Source: Chloroflexota bacterium
GTDB lineage: Bacteria; Chloroflexota; Limnocylindria; Limnocylindrales; CSP1-4
Direction: 5' to 3'
Assembly (NCBI GenBank): GCA_003141245.1
Contig: PLLE01000034.1
Location: forward strand, 877 to 64,876
Length of the DNA stretch: 64,000 bases
The notes below the pieces were generated by a model that searched no databases, was not told the DNA's origin, and was given only the letters and a program-made list of their open reading frames with translations. A program made the translations under genes and the position numbers. This document shows, in pieces, positions 1 to 8,923 of this stretch; position 1 is the first letter of the stretch, and the number at the start of each line of letters is the position of its first letter.

Positions 1-1
1 C

Positions 2-235
2 CTTGAGGTCGAGCCTGACAAGCTTCTGAAGTACACACACTGGAGCCCGATGGGCGGCAGTCCGGACGAGCCTGAGAACTACCACGCTGTCACGTGCGAA
101 CTGGCGGAAAAGGACGGCAAGACCATCCTGACCCTTACCCAGGACAACAACGCCACCCAGGCAGAGGCGGACACGATGGCCAAGGATAACTGGGGACCGA
201 TGCTGGAGGGTCTCAAGAAGACGGCCGAGAGGTAG
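2..235 (+). CDS. SRPBCC/AHSA1-like domain protein, C-terminal part (5' end outside window)
   Basis: Frame is open from the window edge to the stop at 233-235. The tail ..KYTHWSPMGGSPDEPENYHAVTCEL..KTILTLTQDN..DNWGPMLEGLKK resembles the C-terminal half of Activator-of-Hsp90-ATPase-homolog/SRPBCC proteins. Confidence 0.55.
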   Translation, partial: LEVEPDKLLKYTHWSPMGGSPDEPENYHAVTCELAEKDGKTILTLTQDNNATQAEADTMAKDNWGPMLEGLKKTAER

Positions 236-560
236 TCGCGCCCGTCGTGAAGCAACGCAAATAGAACAGGTGTCATGGCGCGCCCGACAGGAATGGAGCC
301 TCCGACAGAACCTGCCGGATCGCCATCAGAACTGCGAGGCGGATCGCCACGATGACCTGAGTGTCACGCTGACCCCGGTCCGGCGGCTTGGCTCTCACTA
401 TGACTGCCCACGCAGGTGTGGCTGTTATCAGTTCTGCCGGCCGCCGGACATAGCGGACCGGCCGACGTGACTTGACAGGAGCGTGGTGTCAACGCCCCAA
501 CTCAGGTGTGTCCGCCGACCGGCCCTAGTCCACCCCCCAGCGAAGAGGGAGACCAGGGAT

Positions 561-1608
561 ATGGTCGTCATTGGAGTCGATTCGCACAAGCGGACGCACA
601 CCCGTCGTCGCCGTCGATGAAGCCAGCCGCAAGCTAGCCGAGCGAACGGCTGCTGCGACTGCAGACGGGCATTTGGAGCTGCTGAGCTGGAGCCGCACTT
701 GGCCCGATCGCACGTGGGCCCTCGAGGACTGTCGGAACCTCACCCGGCGCTTGGAGGCAGACTTGCTCAGGGCTGGCGAGGCAGTCCGGCGCGTGCCGAC
801 CAAGCTCATGGCCGGAGCACGACGGTCAGCCCGAGAGCCCGGAAAGAGCGATCCCATCGACGCTCTTTCGGTCGCCAGAGCTGCCCTGCGCGAACCGAAC
901 TTGCCGACAGCGCGGCTCGATGGCGTCGAGCGCGAACTGCGTCTGCTCGTGGATTATCGAGACGTTCTGATCTCCGATCGAACGGGCCACCAGTCACGCT
1001 TGCGCTGGTTCCTCGTGGAACTCGGCATCCCTGAGCCCCCAGCACGCAAGCTCACGATGCAAGTCGTGCTCGCCGGGGTCGATCTCCAACTCGTCGGCCG
1101 GACCGAGCCGTGCGCTCGTGTCGCGAGAGATCTCGTGGCCCGGATCTCCGAGATGACTCGGGCGATCGATGACCTGGCACGGCAGATCGGCGAACTCACA
1201 GAGACACTCGCTCCATCATTGCTGGACCTGTTCGGATGTGGTTCGCTGACCGCCGCCAAGATCGTCGCCGAGACGGCCGGCATCGGCCGCTTCCGCTCTC
1301 GTGCCGCGTTCGCAGCCCACAACGGGACGGCTCCGATACCAGTCTGGTCGGGCAACCTTGTCCGCCATCGGCTGAGCCGCGGCGGCAACCGTCAGCTCAA
1401 TGCCGCCCTTCACCGTATCGCTATTACCCAACTCCGTTGTCCGAGTCTCGGGCAGGCTTACGTGGCCAAACGCCTGGCCGCCGGCGATACCAAGACCGAG
1501 GCCATTCGTGCTCTTCGTCGACGCCTCAGCGACGAGGTGTTCCGCCGACTCCAGGCCGATGAGGCCGCTCGAGCCGCCACTGAATGCGTTGCGCGCGCGG
1601 CTGCTTGA
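561..1608 (+). pseudogene. IS110-family transposase with a 1-nt frameshift near the N-terminus
   Basis: The ORF at 571..1608 carries IS110/Transposase_20 hallmarks (DPIDALSVARAAL, GCGSLTAAKIVAETAGIGRF, HNGTAPIPVWSGN..RHRLSRGGNRQLNAALHRIAITQ). The canonical IS110 start MVVIGVDSHKRTHT is encoded from ATG 561 in a different frame and hits a stop after 19 codons. Removing one C from the CCC run at 601-603 joins it to ..VVAVDEASRKL. Confidence 0.75.
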
Positions 1609-1717
1609 CACAGGAGCAATTGATAGGGCGCGCTGTTGGCGACACGCGAAGCCACGCTGCGCCCCGGGGGCTGCTTCCCGGGTCCGGCCCGACCCTCACG
1701 GACGGAACTTGCGGCAC

Positions 1718-2392
1718 TCAGAGTGGCGGCGCCTGATCGACCAAAGGCTGGAAGTCCGTGCTGGTTGGTGTTCGACCGGTCACGGCGGTCAGCGTGAGTG
1801 CACCGACGAGCAGAACTGCCTCGACCAGGCCGCCGCCCATCGTCAGCACACCGCTGTCAAACCCGCTCGCGAAGGTCTGGCCGCCGGCCACGAGGACGGC
1901 CTGACCGCCGCACGGGATCACGGTGTACGTCGGATCGGCGGGAGATCCCGTCGCCTGCCAGCAGCGTTCCCCCGTCATGACGAGGAGAGCGACGGCCGCG
2001 CTCACGACGAGCAGCACGGCTGCTGCGGCGATGACCGCTTCTGACCGGTGTCGCGTGGGCAGGGCCTGAGTTCGCGATCCGAGCAAGATCAGCAGGGCGC
2101 CAGGAACCGCGAACTCGATCGTGGCGACCGACAAGATCGCGCCGACGAGGCAGAGCACGCCCGCCGCAACGACGATCGCTGGCCGGCGCTGCAACGCCCC
2201 GATGATCGCGAGGAGTCCCATCGTTGCGTAGAGAGCAGGGACCGCGAGCGCACGCGGCACGTCCTCGGGCGGGCGGGGGTCGCGAGCCTGGTATTGGATG
2301 AAGACGCCAAGCACGACGGCCAGCCCGAATACCACGACGCCCACCATCAGGACGAGCCTCCGAGCCTGGTTTCGTCCGCCGGTCGTGCTCAT
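1718..2392 (-). CDS. hypothetical polytopic membrane protein
   Basis: ORF 1718..2437, probable start at the internal Met (MSTTGGRNQARRLVLMVGVVVFG..). Several long hydrophobic segments; no recognisable catalytic motif. Confidence 0.5.
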   Translation of the reverse strand: MSTTGGRNQARRLVLMVGVVVFGLAVVLGVFIQYQARDPRPPEDVPRALAVPALYATMGLLAIIGALQRRPAIVVAAGVLCLVGAILSVATIEFAVPGALLILLGSRTQALPTRHRSEAVIAAAAVLLVVSAAVALLVMTGERCWQATGSPADPTYTVIPCGGQAVLVAGGQTFASGFDSGVLTMGGGLVEAVLLVGALTLTAVTGRTPTSTDFQPLVDQAPPL

Positions 2393-2474
2393 GTGCCGAG
2401 TGTAGCGGCACTGCTTCGGAGGGTCCGTGGAAACCATGGAACGATCGTCACTACCGCTGGATAGTGACCCGCTG

Positions 2475-2795
2475 CTAGCGCGGGAGCAGGTAGAGCGCCA
2501 TCTGCATGGGAGTCCGTGCCACCAGGCTGTGCTTCACGTCAGGCGCCATACGCAGCCACGTCCCCGGTCGAGCGGGATAGGTGTCACCGCCGACTGTAAG
2601 CTCGCCTTCGCCTTCGAGGATGTGGATGATCGCCGGTCGCGCCGACGTGTGCTCCGAAAGCTGCTCGCCGGCGGCGAAGGCGAAGAGCAGGAACTCAACG
2701 TCGCCCTCGTTGGAGAGCGTCTGGCTCAGGATGCCTCGGGCTGGGATGGGCGCCTCTGTGGCCAGATCGGCGAAGAGGGTGTAGGGCGCGGTCAT
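2475..2795 (-). CDS. cupin domain protein
   Basis: 106 aa with a cupin-like core: ..FAAGEQLSEHTSARPAIIHILEGEGELTVGGDTYPARPGTWLRMAPDVKHSL. Confidence 0.7.
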   Translation of the reverse strand: MTAPYTLFADLATEAPIPARGILSQTLSNEGDVEFLLFAFAAGEQLSEHTSARPAIIHILEGEGELTVGGDTYPARPGTWLRMAPDVKHSLVARTPMQMALYLLPR

Positions 2796-3053
2796 GTCTC
2801 AACCAGGTGCGGATTACCGGAGCGAGACTACCTGCGACGCGCAACTTCCGCCCGTCGTTCCCAGTCCGAAGCCCCCAAAGCAGAGGGAAGGGAGTTCCGT
2901 TCCGCGGATCGTCGCCCTCGGAGACGTATCTGCACGGTCCGAAAGGCAGATACTCGACTCAGGCGGGATGGCCGGCCGGACTTGAGCCGAGGCCGGGACT
3001 GCTGGCGCTAGGGTCCCGTGCGACGCCGCGGGACCGCAATCAGGAGAGATCCG

Positions 3054-3245
3054 ATGTGCCTCAACTGCGGCTGCATGGCCGCCCACGACGACATGGGTAA
3101 GCCGAACGTGAACATCACTTACGAAGACGTGAAACGGGCCGCGGATGCCAACCGCATGACCGTCGAGGCGACCCTGGCCATGATCGCCAGGACGGCCGAC
3201 AAGGATCGCCACGACCATCCGACGGAGTACGCGGCGAAGAAGTAG
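3054..3245 (+). CDS. small Cys-rich hypothetical protein (MCLNCGC.. N-terminus)
   Basis: ATG 3054 is preceded by AGGAGAG at 3042-3048. The 63-aa product MCLNCGCMAAHDDMGKPNVNITYEDVKRAADANRMTVEATLAMIARTADKD.. has coding-like GC3. Confidence 0.45.
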   Translation: MCLNCGCMAAHDDMGKPNVNITYEDVKRAADANRMTVEATLAMIARTADKDRHDHPTEYAAKK

Positions 3246-3378
3246 ACCTGCCGCTCCGCCTTGTGTCCTCGTGCTCCCACATTCGACACGAGCTGCTCGT
3301 CGTGCCGACGCTGGATCGGGAAAGCTGGGGCCAGTCGACATCACACCTACTGCGCAGCTGACACAAACCATGCCCGGA

Positions 3379-3406
3379 TTGACACCTCAGCCAGCCCGAG
3401 TACGCT
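3379..3406 (+). promoter_or_regulatory. candidate sigma70-type promoter of the Lamassu-like operon
   Basis: TTGACA (3379-3384), a 16-nt spacer, then TACGCT (3401-3406), about 60 nt upstream of the ORF start at 3466. Found by pattern only. Confidence 0.3.
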
Positions 3407-3465
3407 AACCTCGCCTACCGCAGAAGGGGAACGCCCGATCGGCATGGGGAGCTAGGGAGCGCGCG

Positions 3466-4656
3466 TTGGAGGCTACTCGACATGGTGCCGCAGGCTCGGC
3501 CACCGGGTACCTCTACCAGTGCGAGCGTGCCCTCCTGGAGTTGCTGACCCAGGCATCCATCAACCCCGACCTCACCCTCTTCATGGAGAAGCTGGACGAC
3601 ATCCATCTAGAAGAGTCGGGGCGCCCGGTTGACATCCTTCAGGTCAAGCACCACACCGGCCCTGGCGGCAGCTTGACTGATGAAAGTCGCGACCTCTGGC
3701 GGACTCTAGACGTTTGGATGGATCTTCTGCCGACGCTGGACTCCGACGAGGACCCGGAGTTCGCCCTGTTGACGACGTCCCAAGCACCAGACGATTCCGC
3801 CGCGTCATATCTGCGCGAGAGCGATGGTCGCAATCCGGATGAGGCTCTGCAGCGGCTTCTGAAAGTCGCACAGAACTCGACGGTGGAGGGCACGGCCAAA
3901 GTACGTGAGCGGTTCGTCCGTGTTGACCCAGAAGTCAGGATGCGACTGATCGAGGCGATCGTCGTGCGTGATGCGGAACCCCGGATACACGAGCTCGATG
4001 CCCGGCTCGAGTCGGAACTCAGGACCGGAGTCCGCCGGGAGCACATGGCTGGCTTCATCGAGAGTCTCAAGGGCTGGTGGTATGCACGATCGGTCGCCCT
4101 CCTGACGAAGTCCGAGCCGGCGATAGCCTTGGGCGATCTTCTGAACAAAGTGCACGACCTCAGAGACAGCTATCACCCCGAGAACCTTCCGTTCGATTGG
4201 GACCTCGGTGAGCCGTCAGAGACTGAGCAAGTCTCATATGCCACTAGTCTATTCATTAGACAACTGCGATGGATCGCTGCGTCCGACGAACTGCTGCGGA
4301 TCGCTATCGACGACTACCATCGCTCGTTCACGAACAGGTCCAGATGGCTCAGGCTCGGCTTGCTGCGCCCAGGAGAACTGGACGGCTATGAACGAAGACT
4401 CGTGGCCGAATGGAAGAGGCAACACGCTTTCATGCGGGTCGACCTCGGGTCAAACGCTACGGAAATCGAGAATCAACAAGCAGGCCGCGACCTGTGGCGC
4501 CAGGTTTCCGATTCATCCATGATCCGGATTCGCGTGCGCTTTCAGGAGCAGACCCTCAACCGCGGCACTTATCATGATCTGGCAGAAAGACAGTTGGTCG
4601 GCTGGCATCCTCTCTTCGAGGAGAGGATTCGCTCGCTGCTTGAGGGAGCGGCTTGA
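3466..4656 (+). CDS. lmuA: Lamassu LmuA-like / ABC-3C effector: N-terminal Cap4 (DUF4297)-type PD-(D/E)xK nuclease plus uncharacterised C-terminal domain
   Basis: TTG start with AGGGAG 10 nt upstream. The N-terminus GSATGYLYQCERALLELL .. FMEKLDDIHLEE .. VDILQVKHH matches the GxxYQ / E..DD / QxK layout of Cap4-type dsDNA nucleases. It is the first gene of a coupled three-gene operon. Confidence 0.8.
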   Translation: MEATRHGAAGSATGYLYQCERALLELLTQASINPDLTLFMEKLDDIHLEESGRPVDILQVKHHTGPGGSLTDESRDLWRTLDVWMDLLPTLDSDEDPEFALLTTSQAPDDSAASYLRESDGRNPDEALQRLLKVAQNSTVEGTAKVRERFVRVDPEVRMRLIEAIVVRDAEPRIHELDARLESELRTGVRREHMAGFIESLKGWWYARSVALLTKSEPAIALGDLLNKVHDLRDSYHPENLPFDWDLGEPSETEQVSYATSLFIRQLRWIAASDELLRIAIDDYHRSFTNRSRWLRLGLLRPGELDGYERRLVAEWKRQHAFMRVDLGSNATEIENQQAGRDLWRQVSDSSMIRIRVRFQEQTLNRGTYHDLAERQLVGWHPLFEERIRSLLEGAA

Positions 4657-5141
4657 CCTCCATGATGCCCGACAGTTCGACTCCCGAGGAAGCAGCTCTG
4701 TTCAATCCGGCGTTTATGGGCCTGCTGGTCGCGGCCTCGGCCAGAGACTATGAGAAGACGGCCCAGAGGGAGATGCCGTTCGTTCTCGCCTTCCTGGTCC
4801 CACCGATCGCACTCGACTCGGAGACGCGAACACGGCTGCCTGGGGCCGTGAGCGCTCTTCTCTCGACTTGGGTCTTGGCCAATCCGCTTATCCAGAGCGG
4901 TTTCGCAGATCGTGCGAAGGCTATGGCGCCGCTGGTGAGGGAAGGGCTGCGCTACGCGATCCGGTCGGACGCTGTCCGACTCACGGGCGAAGGCATCCAT
5001 TGCGTGATCCGGAGGACTAAGTTCCAGCAAGGTACTGAAGACACGCGAGATTGTCTAAAGGCGGCCGCCTTTGCGGCTCGATGGTTTGCTAGAACCGGGG
5101 ATACGGCCACGATCTTTGCTCTTCTGGGGGTCAGACCGTAG
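4653..5141 (+). CDS. lmuC: Lamassu LmuC-like / ABC-3C middle component (small protein, no enzymatic motif)
   Basis: Its start overlaps the upstream stop (TTGA at 4653-4656; alternative ATGs at 4662 and 4665), and its stop at 5139-5141 abuts ATG 5142 of the ATPase. The call rests on size (162 aa) and position between nuclease and ABC ATPase; no motif was recognised. Confidence 0.55.
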   Translation: MTSMMPDSSTPEEAALFNPAFMGLLVAASARDYEKTAQREMPFVLAFLVPPIALDSETRTRLPGAVSALLSTWVLANPLIQSGFADRAKAMAPLVREGLRYAIRSDAVRLTGEGIHCVIRRTKFQQGTEDTRDCLKAAAFAARWFARTGDTATIFALLGVRP

Positions 5142-7127
5142 ATGCAAATCATCGCTTTGGCTATCTACAAGGGCAAGGACCGCCGCGTGCTTCGGTTCCA
5201 TCCGGGCCAGATGAATGTCGTTACCGGGTGGCCGGGGACTGGCAAATCCTCACTCTTGGAGATAGTCGAGTACTGCCTCGGCCGAACGGAACCGACCTTC
5301 GCCCGAGGGGCGCTTGATGTGGTCGAGTGGTATGGGCTTCTGTTGGAACACGCAGGGACCAACCTGTTCGTAGCCCGACCGGCCCCGGCAGATGGAGCCT
5401 CGTCAAATTCGTCGGTGATGCTTCTGCGTGCCGCAACCGATGTAGTCGACGCCAACGACCTGTCCACAAACACCGATACGACGGGCTTGCGAGAGACACT
5501 CGGTCAATTGGTTGGGGTCGAGGGGGACGTGGCGCTATCCACGGATTCGCCCAGAGAGACGCAGCGCCCGAGCATTGGGCAGGCGCTTCTTCTCTGCTTC
5601 CAGAGACAGAGCGAGATCGCCAAGCCAGATCAGCTTTTCCATCGGACAAATGAGGACCAGATCCCGCGGACGATCCGTGAGTCGCTTCCGTACTTCTTGG
5701 GAGCCGTCGGGAGTGATCACGTCTCACGAAGGTTTCGGCTTCTGGACGCCCGCCGCGAACTGAGGCGCCTCCAAAGCGAGCTGGATCAGATCGGTCAGGT
5801 CCAGATGGAAGCCGATGTCCGGGCTGCTGGCCTCGTAGCTGAAGCCAAGTCTGTAGGACTGCTTGGTGACGGAAACCTTCAGACTGCGAGCGACGCATCC
5901 GCTCTGAAGGCTATGCTCGAGAGACCGGATCCTGAGGTGGAAGACCCCAACGCCGTCCTGAGGGAGAGGCTTCGACTCCGAACTGAGCGGCGCAATGCCA
6001 CCGAAGAGCTACGTCAGGTCCAAGAACAGCGGGCGGCATTGGTTCATCTGCGCGAGGAGGGCAGTGCCTTTCGTGCCGAGGTGGGAGAACAACGCTCTCG
6101 CCTCCGTAGCCTTGAACTGATGGCGACCGTGACAGACGGTGCACGTTGCCCCTTGTGCACTCGTCCACTCCCTTCCGCCGATCCAACGACAGAAGACCTC
6201 AGCCTACAAATCGCTTCGCTGGATGCCAGGCTCGCCAACGAGCGGAGCCTGCAGCCGTATCGCCTCAAGCTGGCTGTTGAGTTGCGCGAACGAGCTCGGC
6301 ATCTCCGTCACAAGCTCAATCGATTAAGGAAGTCTGAAGAGGCAATCCTGGGCGACGAGAGTCAACTAGCGAGCTACACGGATTTGGCAGAACAGAGGGC
6401 GTTCGTACGAGGACGCGCGTCGCAATTCGTGGAAGCTCTCCTGATCGCCGAGCCTGGCCGGGCGATCTTGCTCGAACGGCGCAAGGCCAAGCTCGAAGCC
6501 GACACTGACCTGCTGGAGAAGTTGCTTGACCCAGCCGCGGTGGCGCGTGAAGTCGAGTCGAAGCTCTCGTACGTGGATACTTACATGACTGGATGGGCGC
6601 GAGAGCTGGGATTGGAGCACAGCAGCGAGGGCATCAGACTGAACATCCAGGACCTGACGCTCTTCGCAAATGACCGCCGAGGCCCCATCCCGCTCATACA
6701 GATCGGCAGTGCGGCCAACCAAGTTGGATATCACGTCGTCGCGCATCTTGCGCTGCACCGCTGGTTCATCGAGGAGCGCCGTCCCGTTCCCGACTTCTTA
6801 TTCCTGGATCAACCAGAGCAGGCGTACTACCCAGAGGACGTGCCCAAGGGAACACGCGACCTCAACGGCGTCTTCTCAGAGAAGGACCAACAGAAGGTGC
6901 TCGCGCTCTACGAGTTGATTCGAAATGTCACGGCAGATCAGGGTGGAGCGTTCCAGACCATTGTCGTCGGCCATTGGAATCCAGCCAATGTGGCTTGGTT
7001 CCCAGAAGTCTGTGTGGCCAACTGGCGCGGAGACGCACTCGTTCCTGCCGAATGGCTTCACAGTGATGGCGGTCAGCCTTCGCCGGATAGCGCTTCGGCC
7101 CAGGGTGAGCCCGACAAAGCATTTTGA
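5142..7127 (+). CDS. lmuB: Lamassu LmuB-like / ABC-3C ATPase (DUF3732-type, Rad50/SMC-like with coiled-coil insert)
   Basis: Walker A GWPGTGKSS (aa 29-37). Long Arg/Glu/Leu-rich helical insert at aa ~195-470 with CPLC at aa 336-339. C-terminal FLFLDQPEQAYYPED (Walker B/D-loop) and TIVVGHWN (H-loop). Confidence 0.85.
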   Translation: MQIIALAIYKGKDRRVLRFHPGQMNVVTGWPGTGKSSLLEIVEYCLGRTEPTFARGALDVVEWYGLLLEHAGTNLFVARPAPADGASSNSSVMLLRAATDVVDANDLSTNTDTTGLRETLGQLVGVEGDVALSTDSPRETQRPSIGQALLLCFQRQSEIAKPDQLFHRTNEDQIPRTIRESLPYFLGAVGSDHVSRRFRLLDARRELRRLQSELDQIGQVQMEADVRAAGLVAEAKSVGLLGDGNLQTASDASALKAMLERPDPEVEDPNAVLRERLRLRTERRNATEELRQVQEQRAALVHLREEGSAFRAEVGEQRSRLRSLELMATVTDGARCPLCTRPLPSADPTTEDLSLQIASLDARLANERSLQPYRLKLAVELRERARHLRHKLNRLRKSEEAILGDESQLASYTDLAEQRAFVRGRASQFVEALLIAEPGRAILLERRKAKLEADTDLLEKLLDPAAVAREVESKLSYVDTYMTGWARELGLEHSSEGIRLNIQDLTLFANDRRGPIPLIQIGSAANQVGYHVVAHLALHRWFIEERRPVPDFLFLDQPEQAYYPEDVPKGTRDLNGVFSEKDQQKVLALYELIRNVTADQGGAFQTIVVGHWNPANVAWFPEVCVANWRGDALVPAEWLHSDGGQPSPDSASAQGEPDKAF

Positions 7128-7185
7128 CCGCAGGACGATATCGGACTTCTGCACGATGCGTGCGTCGTGAGTCCAGTCTTCTTAC

Positions 7186-8349
7186 CTAGGTAGGCTGATC
7201 CGCCGAAGCCATCGAGACCAACGAGTCGTCGGCCTCAACGAACTTGCGATCGAGCTGCTGCCGCAGCTCCTCGACGGACGCCGCGACGAGCCAGGCCTGA
7301 ATCCTCTCGGCATCGTTTGACTGATTGACGCTGAGTTCAACAACGACTTGGGTCAGCGAACTGAGCAATATCCCCGTAAGAGCCCCGACGTGTCCATCGC
7401 CATGGTCCGCGAGAGCGAGCCTCAGGCTCAAAGAGTCGTTCCCTGAGATCGAAGGAGCTGAAGCCAGCCGACCATGGACGAAGGCGCTTGAGACTCTTGT
7501 CTTTGCCCGCCACCGCTCCATACCGACGGCCTGTTCGAGGTGGGCGAGCGTGACGTGCACCCCCCTACCCCGGCGCGGTTTGGGAGCCGCTTCGCTCCTC
7601 GGCCCCGCTGGACTTGAACCACGTGCTGGCACGAAGGGCGCTGCCCACCCGTACTCGCTGACGAACTCATCGCCATAGGTGGCTTGCGCAGCAGCAAGGT
7701 CCCGCGCTATTTCCGCCGCCTGTTCGTCGGTCAGCTGATCCATGCCCCACGATGGTCCATACTCCTTGAGCGTGTCGGCCATCCTGCTTCTCATTACTGA
7801 CCTGTGCGCGGCAAACCGTGCTGCAGCCTCGTCGCCGAAGCGTGAGATGAACTCGCAGTACAGCGCCAGCTCATAGATCGACCGCCAGCGCGCCTGGGCC
7901 CCTCCGTAGAAGCCTCCCCTTAGGAGGTACACGACCTCAGTGCTGATCCGGCATGCCTCGCCTAGAAGTTCGCCGGCTATCTCCCGGCCGAGCGTTCTCG
8001 GTTGGATCGTAGACGGGAAATCGACCAGAGCCCAGCAGAGCCAGACGAACTCCTCCAACCTACCAATCGCATCGCGTAAGGGGTCAACGCGGCCGCGTTG
8101 GAACGATCGCTCCTCCCTCCTGATTGCCGCATACAGCGGCCTCCCTGCCACAGCAAGGCGATTCGCCGCAGCGCGCCGAGCTGCGGCAGCCTCTGGGCTC
8201 CTCGTCTCAATGTCCAAAGCTCCAAGCTGGGCCTCACCAGAACCTCTTGCCAGCTCGGCATATTGGGTTGCCCCGGCCGAAACAGCAGCGGCAACGACCT
8301 TCAGTCGCTCGCGTCTGACTGTTCCCCCGAGTCGCTTGATCTCATCCAA
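7186..8349 (-). CDS. hypothetical protein, possibly DUF5677-like
   Basis: 387-aa ORF convergent with the Lamassu-like operon. The central helical region (..EVVYLLRGGFYGGAQARWRSIYELALYCEFISRFG..) resembles DUF5677 proteins as I remember them; no catalytic motif. Confidence 0.5.
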   Translation of the reverse strand: MDEIKRLGGTVRRERLKVVAAAVSAGATQYAELARGSGEAQLGALDIETRSPEAAAARRAAANRLAVAGRPLYAAIRREERSFQRGRVDPLRDAIGRLEEFVWLCWALVDFPSTIQPRTLGREIAGELLGEACRISTEVVYLLRGGFYGGAQARWRSIYELALYCEFISRFGDEAAARFAAHRSVMRSRMADTLKEYGPSWGMDQLTDEQAAEIARDLAAAQATYGDEFVSEYGWAAPFVPARGSSPAGPRSEAAPKPRRGRGVHVTLAHLEQAVGMERWRAKTRVSSAFVHGRLASAPSISGNDSLSLRLALADHGDGHVGALTGILLSSLTQVVVELSVNQSNDAERIQAWLVAASVEELRQQLDRKFVEADDSLVSMASADQPT

Positions 8350-8575
8350 TAATGCCGCTCCCTTTGCCTATCCCAGGGCTCGCAATCGGCGGGCATCCAA
8401 GGTTACGCCGCCCGCTGTTGTGCCGAAAGACACACGATCCGCGCATCGTGAATGTCGTCCTGGGCGGTGACGTGCCGCGTTTACCCTCTCAATTCGCCTC
8501 GGTACGGGGGCCTACCATTGCCTCACATACGGGTCAGACAGTTCCCGAACCACAAAGATCGAAAGGGGTCGCCCC

Positions 8576-8815
8576 ATGGACGAATCCAAGACATCGGCAC
8601 CCGAGAAGGATCAGCCGCACCCATTCGTGTCCGGCCCCGAGGTTCCCCTCGATCCGAGAGCCGGGGCCACGCAAGAGGCAGCGGGTATGGAGGGGACAGA
8701 TCTTCCTCAAGCGAGCGGAGCCAACTGCGCGCTCTGCGGCGCTCCTCGAGGTGCCCAGATTCACATCGAGGGCAAGGTCGAGGCCGACGCCGAGTCGCCC
8801 AAGTGGGGCCTGTAG
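8576..8815 (+). CDS. possible small hypothetical protein
   Basis: 79-aa ORF with GAAAGGGG 8 nt upstream and moderately coding-like GC3. No homolog recognised. Confidence 0.2.
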   Translation: MDESKTSAPEKDQPHPFVSGPEVPLDPRAGATQEAAGMEGTDLPQASGANCALCGAPRGAQIHIEGKVEADAESPKWGL

Positions 8816-8923
8816 CCCACGGCGGTAGTCGGCACCATTTAGGTTCCCCGTCCATCGCGATCCCCAACGATGTGGTCATAGGGTTGCTTCCCATCCGAGG
8901 CCCGCGAGCCTCTTCGTAGACGA

